Positions 1-7,900 of a stretch of 64,000 nucleotides of DNA are shown piece after piece. The notes beneath the pieces were generated by a model, which worked only from the letters and a program-made list of their open reading frames with translations, did no database searches and had not been told where the DNA came from. The position numbers were made by a program, and so were the translations under genes. Each line of letters begins with the position of its first letter. Position 1 is the stretch's first letter. Source of the stretch: an uncultured archaeon (lineage in GTDB: Archaea; Altiarchaeota; Altiarchaeia; IMC4; QMZM01); contig CAZJVE010000002.1 in NCBI GenBank assembly GCA_964549685.1, positions 79,520 through 143,519 of the forward strand, read 5' to 3'.

Positions 1-567
1 GGGGCAAAACCGGCATTCCTTGAAGCCAACATCTCGTGCCCCAACGTGGAGCATGAATTCGGCAGCGCCTTCGGAACGGACCCCGGGGCAGCTTCAAGGA
101 TAACGGCAGAGATTAAGAATTCAACCAAAATCCCCCTGATAGTCAAACTGACCCCCAACGTTACTTCTATCCGAGATATTGGAAGGGCCGTTGCCGATGC
201 GGGAGCAGATGCAATCACAGCCATAAACACCTACGGCCCCGGAATGGCAATAAATGCAGAGACTGGAAAGCCCGTTCTCACAAACAAATTCGGGGGGCTG
301 TCGGGCCCTGCCATGAAGCCCATAGCATTGCGATGCGTCTACGAGCTCTACGAGGAGGTGAAGATTCCCATCATAGGCACGGGTGGAATCCAGACAGGCA
401 AGGACATGGCCGAGATGCTGATGGCCGGAGCTTCAGCATGCGGCATTGGAACCGCAATAATGGACCGCGGCATAGAGGCATTCTCCGAAATCTGCAGGGA
501 GCTGGAAGAATTCATGGACAAAAACGGGCATTCCAAGGCCACGGATTTAATCGGAATGTCACACTAG
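1..567 (+). CDS. pyrD: dihydroorotate dehydrogenase (class 1B-type catalytic subunit), C-terminal part; 5' end lies outside the window
   Basis: Frame is open from base 1. Motifs IVKLTPNV, GGLSGPAMKPIALR and IIGTGGI are typical of the PyrD FMN barrel. Confidence 0.85.
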   Translation, partial: GAKPAFLEANISCPNVEHEFGSAFGTDPGAASRITAEIKNSTKIPLIVKLTPNVTSIRDIGRAVADAGADAITAINTYGPGMAINAETGKPVLTNKFGGLSGPAMKPIALRCVYELYEEVKIPIIGTGGIQTGKDMAEMLMAGASACGIGTAIMDRGIEAFSEICRELEEFMDKNGHSKATDLIGMSH

Positions 568-1250
568 CCTGAGTTAATCCAGTCATTTATTATGTCTAGA
601 AGGTCGCTGCTGTCTATCTCTCCGCTGGCCCACCGGTTTATCGCATTCACTATCTCGTCCAGCGTCACCTCGCCGTCGCTGTTTTCATCCGCCGGGAGCC
701 CGGAGGCAATATCCACTGAAACGTCCCCGTCTATATCTGCTGTAACCTCAGATTCGGTGTCCGGGTCTATGTACGTGTATTGCCCCGCAATCTCCACGGT
801 GCCGGACGCATTCTCCGGCACGCCGACAGTATATGTGATATTCCTCGTATAGAAGTTGGATGAGAACAACAGCCATTTAATCTCCCCTGTTTCGGTGTCA
901 TGGGAGGTGTATGCCGGGCTGGGGCCGGTAGCGCTCCATCCCGGGGGAATGTATTCATTAATGGTAACGGCGTTCGGGGGGCTGTCCCCTTTGACAACAA
1001 GCAGGGTTACCTCGAGGCCGGTTTCAGGCGATGCCGAGGATGGCAGCTCCCTGCTCACGGCCACGGTCGTTGCAACAGAACCCGGCGGCCCTGGCGGAAG
1101 CGGATATGCAGTAGTCGTTGTCGTAACGTCATCCGGAGGCGCCGGCGGAGTCATAAGTGTCAGTAAGCCGATTATGGTCGGCTTGAAGACCGCTATTGAC
1201 GCGAGAAAAATAAAAATCAGAATCGCCATATGGAGAGGCTGCGCTTTCAT
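564..1250 (-). CDS. small secreted/anchored protein with C-terminal dockerin-like module
   Basis: N-terminal hydrophobic segment MAILIFIFLASIAVF, a Pro/Thr linker, a beta-sandwich-like middle (INEYIPPGW...GEIKW...YTVGVPENASG), and a C-terminus DENSDGEVTLDEIVNAINRW...LLDIINDW. Confidence 0.7.
   Translation of the reverse strand: MKAQPLHMAILIFIFLASIAVFKPTIIGLLTLMTPPAPPDDVTTTTTAYPLPPGPPGSVATTVAVSRELPSSASPETGLEVTLLVVKGDSPPNAVTINEYIPPGWSATGPSPAYTSHDTETGEIKWLLFSSNFYTRNITYTVGVPENASGTVEIAGQYTYIDPDTESEVTADIDGDVSVDIASGLPADENSDGEVTLDEIVNAINRWASGEIDSSDLLDIINDWINSG
567..689 (-). other. dockerin-like C-terminal module, copy 1 of 6
   Basis: DENSDGEVTLDE has EF-hand/dockerin loop spacing (D1, N3, D5, G6, E12). 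It is followed by helix IVNAINRW and a second loop-less helix LLDIINDW. Confidence 0.6.
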
Positions 1251-1314
1251 TATTTATAATTAGATGCAGCCCGATAAATACATAACTTTTAAGCCGTCAG
1301 TATAAATATTTTCT

Positions 1315-2439
1315 ATGTTCGATGAGCTCTACAGTTCTATGGTGAAGAAAGCGGACTACCGGGCCCTGATGTTTGTCCCGCCAGTCATCGCAATTCTTCT
1401 TCTCCTATTAATCCTGGTAAACGGCATCCCCCTTGGAATAGACTTCAGAGGAGGCACATGGATTGAGGTTTCTAGCAACAGCGAGATTCCCGCAGGCACT
1501 CTGAATTCCCTGGAATCCGAGCTTATATCTGCAGGGCTCGAGAACCTCAAGATACAGTCGGGCAGGGAGACCGGGACAGGAATATACAAAACCTACATCG
1601 AGACAACCACCGAGGTGGACGAGGAGGCAATCAGACCGATACTCGAGAGGAGCTTTGGCGAACTCAGCGACATAGATTCTGCGACCGTTACACTCTCCGG
1701 CGAGATTCCCTTTGACCTTGCGGACAACCTGAGGTCGAGAATTCCCGGAGTTGATGTTGAACTGGACGAGAATTCGTCCGTTCTCAGGGTATCTGCAATC
1801 GAACTTGATGCAGAGGAACTGGAGAGCGCAATTGAATACTATCTCGGCTATGACGTTTCCATGGAATTTCAGTCGAAGAACTTCAACAGCAGGAGGGTCG
1901 GAGCCACTCTGGGCTCAAGGTTCCGGGACCAGGGCCTCAACGCCCTTCTTTACGCCTATCTCCTTATAATTCTGGTGGTCTTCGTTGCCTTCAGGGACTT
2001 CATCCCATCCATTACCGTTATTCTGGCCGCGACCCTTGACGGTGTGATAGCTGCCGGGGGAATGGCACTCTTTGGAATCATTCTCGAGCCCGCATCTCTC
2101 GTCGCAATCCTTATGCTTGTCGGTTACTCTGTTGATACCAACATTCTCCTGACGACCCGGGTTCTGCGTGGGAAGTTCGGCACAATCAATGAAAGGATAG
2201 ACGATGCCATGAAGACCGGCCTTACCATGTCGGCAACCACTATCCTGGTAATGGCGGTCATACTATTTGTGTCAAGCGAGGTGTTCAGGATATCGACGCT
2301 GAGCAGCATAGCCGCAGTCCTTCTCATAGGCCTTATCGGCGACCTGGCAACGACCTGGCTCATGAACGCAGGAATCCTCAAGTGGTACGTGGAGGAGAAG
2401 AGAGGCAAACTCCGGCTCTTCAGGAGGGGCAGAAGATGA
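1315..2439 (+). CDS. secF: protein-export membrane protein SecF
   Basis: GIDFRGGTWIEV motif, an extracytoplasmic head, and six C-terminal TM helices. Its stop overlaps the secD ATG (ATGA). Confidence 0.85.
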   Translation: MFDELYSSMVKKADYRALMFVPPVIAILLLLLILVNGIPLGIDFRGGTWIEVSSNSEIPAGTLNSLESELISAGLENLKIQSGRETGTGIYKTYIETTTEVDEEAIRPILERSFGELSDIDSATVTLSGEIPFDLADNLRSRIPGVDVELDENSSVLRVSAIELDAEELESAIEYYLGYDVSMEFQSKNFNSRRVGATLGSRFRDQGLNALLYAYLLIILVVFVAFRDFIPSITVILAATLDGVIAAGGMALFGIILEPASLVAILMLVGYSVDTNILLTTRVLRGKFGTINERIDDAMKTGLTMSATTILVMAVILFVSSEVFRISTLSSIAAVLLIGLIGDLATTWLMNAGILKWYVEEKRGKLRLFRRGRR

Positions 2440-3992
2440 GCACACTCAAGAGCGTGAGGGTCTGGGTGATGATAACGGCAGTGACACTGTCCTTACTAAT
2501 GGTTTCCAACATAATCCCCATGAACAAAGGGGAAGAAATTGCCTTCGGGAACGGCCTCGACTACGGCCTCGACTTTGCGGGAGGCATTCAGATGCAGCTC
2601 AAGCTGGAGCGGCCCCTGGACGATGCCAATACCATGGCAGTCGAGAAGGGAATCCTCGAGAACAGGCTGAATGCGATGGGGCTGAAGGACATCGTGATAA
2701 GGCCCTGGGGCAACCAGTATATCCTCCTTGAGATAGCGAGCGCCTCTCCAAGCGACGTGAAGAGGATAGAGGACATACTGAAGCAGCAGGCGAGATTCGA
2801 GGCACGGATAGACGGAGAGGTTGCAATCAGCGGCTCAGATATAAGCATCGACCTCAGCCCGGAAGGAAGGGGCGTAAGCAGGTCGGAGCCGTCCGAATGG
2901 TACGTCGCAATAAAAAACAGCATGGCCGGCGGAGAAAGCTTCTGCCGCGTAGGGAAAAACAAGAGGAACAAGCCGATAGACATGTTCCTCGACAGGCCGG
3001 AAAACACGTTCTTCCTGATGGACAACGGAACCTACTCGATACTGAAAGACCTCAGGGGCAGGGACCTGGCCAGCTACATAAAGATTATAGAGAACCGTTC
3101 CGTAATCCCCGTCGTGGTTGCCCTGAACGATACCCTGAACATGAGTGAGGTATCCTCCCTCAAGGAGTCGGGCTTTGACAGGGCGATGATTCTGGAGGAG
3201 GAGGACCGGGTGTCCAACCGGCTGAGGAACGAGCTGGAGGAGAACGGCATAAAGACCGAGAGAAGGGCCAAGGGCAACGAAAGCTACGAGGAGTGGGTCA
3301 TGGACATAATCGGCCTTCAATCCTCCCCGGTACTGAGGTGCGACCCCTGCTCCCAGTGCAAGTACAGCGCAATCATAACCGGGCAGGCATCAACCTACCA
3401 GGAGGCCGAGGCGGATATGAGGAGCACGCAGATACTCCTTGGCTCAGGGAACCTCCCGGCAAAGGCGACAATCGAGTCAAAGTCCGAGGTTCCGGCATCG
3501 TTAGGTGGAGAGTTCCTGAGATACAGCTTCATAATCGGAATCCTGGCAGTCTTTACCGTCGCTTTGGTTGTATTCCTTAGGTACAAGAGGCCGGAGATGG
3601 TCGTTCCAATAATGATGACCTCGCTCTCGGAGATAATCATCATCCTGGGCGTTGCCTCGTTGATAAGCTGGGAGCTCGACCTTCCCGCGGTTGCCGGAAT
3701 CATAGCTGCAGTGGGAACCGGAGTCGACCACCAGATAATCATCACCGATGAAAGCATAAGCAGGAGGCACAGCGAACAAAAGAAGAAGCTCGTAAGCATC
3801 GTTGAGAGAATAAAGAGGGCGTTTTTCATAATATTCGTTTCGGCGGCAACAACGATTGCCGTGATGATACCTGTATTCCTGATACAGTCGCTGAAGGGCT
3901 TTGCGTTAACAACGGCGGTAGGCGTATTCATCGGGATAATAATAACCCGGCCGGCTTACGCCAAGATAATAGAGGGGATTCTGAAAAGATAG
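2436..3992 (+). CDS. secD: protein-export membrane protein SecD
   Basis: Start placed at ATG 2436 (MSTLKSVRVWVMITAV, TM helix) inside the longer track ORF. GLDFAGGIQMQL motif, large external domain, C-terminal RND-like TM bundle. Confidence 0.85.
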   Translation: MSTLKSVRVWVMITAVTLSLLMVSNIIPMNKGEEIAFGNGLDYGLDFAGGIQMQLKLERPLDDANTMAVEKGILENRLNAMGLKDIVIRPWGNQYILLEIASASPSDVKRIEDILKQQARFEARIDGEVAISGSDISIDLSPEGRGVSRSEPSEWYVAIKNSMAGGESFCRVGKNKRNKPIDMFLDRPENTFFLMDNGTYSILKDLRGRDLASYIKIIENRSVIPVVVALNDTLNMSEVSSLKESGFDRAMILEEEDRVSNRLRNELEENGIKTERRAKGNESYEEWVMDIIGLQSSPVLRCDPCSQCKYSAIITGQASTYQEAEADMRSTQILLGSGNLPAKATIESKSEVPASLGGEFLRYSFIIGILAVFTVALVVFLRYKRPEMVVPIMMTSLSEIIIILGVASLISWELDLPAVAGIIAAVGTGVDHQIIITDESISRRHSEQKKKLVSIVERIKRAFFIIFVSAATTIAVMIPVFLIQSLKGFALTTAVGVFIGIIITRPAYAKIIEGILKR

Positions 3993-4037
3993 GCCCATTT
4001 TTTATTCTCGATTACTATTCTTAATATCACTCCAAAA

Positions 4038-4358
4038 ATGAAAGAACTCGAACAGATAAAGAAGGTCGAGGAGACGGTTGAAAAGTCCGTTGAGAAGGCT
4101 AGGAAGGATGCTGAGAAGAGGATTAACGACCTGAGGGCGAGCAGGGGCACGAGACTGGAAAAGGCCAAGGAAAGCGCCGAGAAGAGCATGGACAAGAAGA
4201 TAAAGGGCGCGAAAGAGAAGGCCGATGGCGAGGCAAAAAGGCTAAACTCAGGGGTTGCCGGCGAGATATCCGAGCTTGAGAAACAGACCAAGAAGAATTT
4301 TAACAGTGCAGTTGACTTTATCGTGGACGAGTTCTCAAGGATAGGGGGCGGCGATTAA
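4038..4358 (+). CDS. atpH: A-type ATP synthase peripheral-stalk subunit H
   Basis: 106-aa charged coiled-coil protein (MKELEQIKKVEETVEKSVEKARKDAEKRI...) lying directly upstream of subunit E. Confidence 0.6.
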   Translation: MKELEQIKKVEETVEKSVEKARKDAEKRINDLRASRGTRLEKAKESAEKSMDKKIKGAKEKADGEAKRLNSGVAGEISELEKQTKKNFNSAVDFIVDEFSRIGGGD

Positions 4359-4360
4359 AA

Positions 4361-4903
4361 ATGGCCTTTGAAAAAATCGAGAGCAAAATCAAGGAAAAGG
4401 GCAATGAAGAGGTTAAGGGAATCAAAGGCGAAGCCAAGAAAGAGATAGATGGCATAGAAAAGGACATAAAGACCGGGGAGGAAAAGGCCAACAAGAAGGT
4501 CATGGACAAGAGAAAACAGGAGTTCGAACTAATCCCGAAGAGAATAATCTCAAACGCCAGGATGGAGAGGAAGCTCCAGGTGGATTCAAAGAAGGCGGAG
4601 ATAGTCCACAACGTCTTCGAGAGCGCGAAGAAAAAGATTCTCGACATGGACAGCAAGAAGAAGGAAAAGCTTCTGAAGAGCCTTGCCGAGGATGCAAAGA
4701 AGAGCGTCAGGGACCCGGTGCTCTACGTTGACAAGAAATACGCAAAGTTCATTGATGCAAAGGCCAAGGACATCGGCGATTTTGGTGTAATTGTCGAGAG
4801 CAAGGACGGCTCCATGAGAGTCGACAATACCCTGGACAACCTGATGCTCAGAATGGAGCCCGACCTCAAGGCCAAGGTCGGCGGGATTCTATTTGGGGAC
4901 TAA
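4361..4903 (+). CDS. atpE: A-type ATP synthase peripheral-stalk subunit E
   Basis: 180 aa. N-terminal long charged helix and a C-terminal globular part (GVIVESKDGSMRVDNTLDNLM) typical of A/V-ATPase subunit E. Confidence 0.7.
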   Translation: MAFEKIESKIKEKGNEEVKGIKGEAKKEIDGIEKDIKTGEEKANKKVMDKRKQEFELIPKRIISNARMERKLQVDSKKAEIVHNVFESAKKKILDMDSKKKEKLLKSLAEDAKKSVRDPVLYVDKKYAKFIDAKAKDIGDFGVIVESKDGSMRVDNTLDNLMLRMEPDLKAKVGGILFGD

Positions 4904-4914
4904 TAATCGTTTCT

Positions 4915-7900
4915 CTATGTGCAAAGAGGGATATCTGCTGTATCCATCCCCATATACGGTGAGAAGCACGTATCCGAGTCATAGTCGTCTATGCAGCCAT
5001 CCTGATTCAGGTCATGGCTTGAAGTATAACCTGGATCGCCCGCGCATAAGTCCAGGCTTATTTGCATCGACAAATAATCAGCATAATCAACCTCTGCATC
5101 GCCGTTTAGGTCTGGACACAGCACGCATCCCGTAGCAATGCTCGTAGTTGTTAGGGTGGTGCTTGTCGTAGTGCTCGAAGCCCCGCTACTCCACGCGTTT
5201 ATCAGGTCTATTACATCCGCCAGATTCGCCTGGTCATTGGACCAGAGAGTTATCAGGTCTATCACTTCTGAGAGACTCACGTCACCACAGGGTGCGCTGT
5301 CGCCAACCAGAGTGCAGTCCCCCGATATTGTTGTGCTGGTGCTTGTCGTAGTTGTGGTTGTAGCGCCCTCCTCGGCACATTCTATCTTGGATACATTGAC
5401 CCCCCACACCGTGATGGAGCCGTCCGAGTCAAAGACGAACTTCATGTCGTCCGTTTCATAGTACTCGGTCCAGTTGTAGTCCCCCCCGCTCCAGGTGCCG
5501 TCTATCGTATCCAGGCTGGAGCCCTCGCCCGTTTTTATGTAGAGGTAGTCGTACCCCGACTCCGTAATCGCCTTCATATATGCCCTCATTGACGAGCCGG
5601 AGCTGCATTGATATTCATAGGAGGCGCAGTCCAGGTAATTCGAATACGGGTGCGGCGTTTCGAATGCTATGCTATGCTGCCCCAGGCCAAAGGAGCCGCC
5701 CGAATCCATGCTGCAGCCCGATGCGATGGTGGACGTGGTCAAGACCGTCGTCGTGCTCGTTGATGTGGATGTTGTCGATGTGGTTGTTGTGCCATTTATT
5801 GATGTCGATGTTGAGCTCGTGGAGGTGCTGCTTGTTGATGTGCTGCTGCTAGTGGATGTAGACGTCGTGGTAGTCCCGGTAACCGTAACCGCGGCATTGC
5901 TACTCCTTACTGTCTGAAGTTGCGGGTTTCCGCTGTTGTAGGTCCTTATATCTACGGTGTCAAGCGTTATGTTGCTGACTCCTGCACCTATCGCCTCGAA
6001 TTTCGCGGACGCTATGCCGGTCCCGGAAGAAGATATGCCGTCCGTCGACCTGACTCTCAGGTACTGCACCGTCCCCTGGGTATTGTTTATGGTCGGTCCG
6101 ACATCGGTATATGCGGTTGAGCTATCCGCAGTCAGGAAATCCCCTATCGTTAGCGAGGTGGCGTTCAGGACGTCCGGGTCAAAGCCGAGATGAATCTCCA
6201 CGCTGTATGCATCTGAAAGCTGGCTGCTGTTAATCTCGACGGAGAAGGTGTCTCCAGCCACGGCGGCTACGCTCGAGGGGTCGATGCTCACGTCCAGCAG
6301 GATTGTGCTTGTGGTGCTCGTCGACGAGGTGCTGGTCGTGGTCGTCTGGTTTGTTATGCTTGTGGTGGTCGACATTGACGTGCTGGTAGAGGTCGTAGTG
6401 CTCGTGGACGTGGTAACAACGCTGCAGTCATACGTGCATCCGGCCGTCCCGCTGTCGCTCCAGGTGCTCGGGTTGTCGCACGTATTCTCGTCCCCTGAAT
6501 TCCCCGATGTGGTGCCTGAAAACTTGAAGTCTGACTCCGTATTACCGCAGATTCGGTTCGAATCCACGTCATTGAACATCGAATCATGGAAGCGGATTCC
6601 GTTCGTGTTGTTGGATATGGTGTTGTTGGCGATTGTGTTACTGGAGGAGCTGCTGAAAGAGATTCCCTTGTCGAAGTCCGTGATGATGCAGTTCCTTATC
6701 TTGTTGCTGGCCCTGAGGTGCATGTAGATTCCGGTGCCGGAGGTGTCCCCGTCCCCGTCAATTTTGTAGTTCTGGCAGTCGAAGATTATGCCGCTCTCGC
6801 CGAACGTAATGCAACTGCCGTCCTGGTCGGTTATGTCCGCGCCGAGGTTCACGGTCGAATAGGTGCCGTCCAGCTTCGTGGTGCAGTCCGCACAGGAGGT
6901 GCAGGTATTCCCTGTCGATACGGTCGTTGTCGTTGAGGTCAAGCTCGTGCTTGTAGATGTTGACGTGCTCGTCGATGTACTGGTCGAGGTGGATGTCGAC
7001 GTCGTGCTACTACTACTGGTCGTCGTAGTGCCAGACGTAACGACGCTGAATGCAAGGTCGTCATCATCTCCGTAGGTTCCGGTATAGCAGCTGCTTCCGC
7101 CACCCCACTTCCAGCCGATTATCGCCCTCACGTATTGGGTGCTACTGGCGTCATCCACGGTAAAGCTCGTGGAGTAAGTTCCTGTGGTTCCGGGGTAATC
7201 GCACTGGGAGTCTATAAGGAGCACTCTCCAGCCAGTGCCGTTATAATACCATATCTCTACTCTGTCATTGGAATCATAGCACTCCACCAGGACCTCCACG
7301 TTAACGGTGTCCCCCGCATTCACTCCGCAGGAGGAGCCCACGTTCGTAAGGGTAATCCCCTCTATGTCGTCCTCGCCGTTGCAGCTCGCCGCCCCGGCGC
7401 AGGAATCCGCCAGGATATTGTCGGTGCAGCCGTTGCTCCCAAGGCACGCGCTCCCGCACTGGCACTGCGTAACTACGGTTGAGGTCGTGCTTGTAGAGCT
7501 AGTAGTTGATGTTGTCGTGCTGGTAGAAGACGTGCTGCTGGACGTTGTCTGGGTTATCGTGCTAGTGGTGCTGGTCGAACTCGTGCTAGTGGTGCTGTAG
7601 CAGTTAATCGTCTCGACATCGATGCCCCAGTCTGTTTGAGAACCGTCGGATGTGAACCTGAACTGGATGCTCCTCGTGTTGGGGTGCTCCCTCCATACGT
7701 AGCCCTGTGAATCCCCGCACCAGTACGTGCTTGTGCCGGTGTCGGCGTTTATTATGTAGAACTTGTCATAATTGCACGTGGAATGGTACTCAATATCGTG
7801 CTTTACATAGACCTTTCCGTAGTAGCTGGATGGGCAGGTATAGGTGTTCGAAGAGCAATCCATGTTGTTGGGATAAGTGTGCGGGGTCTGGAAATCGATT

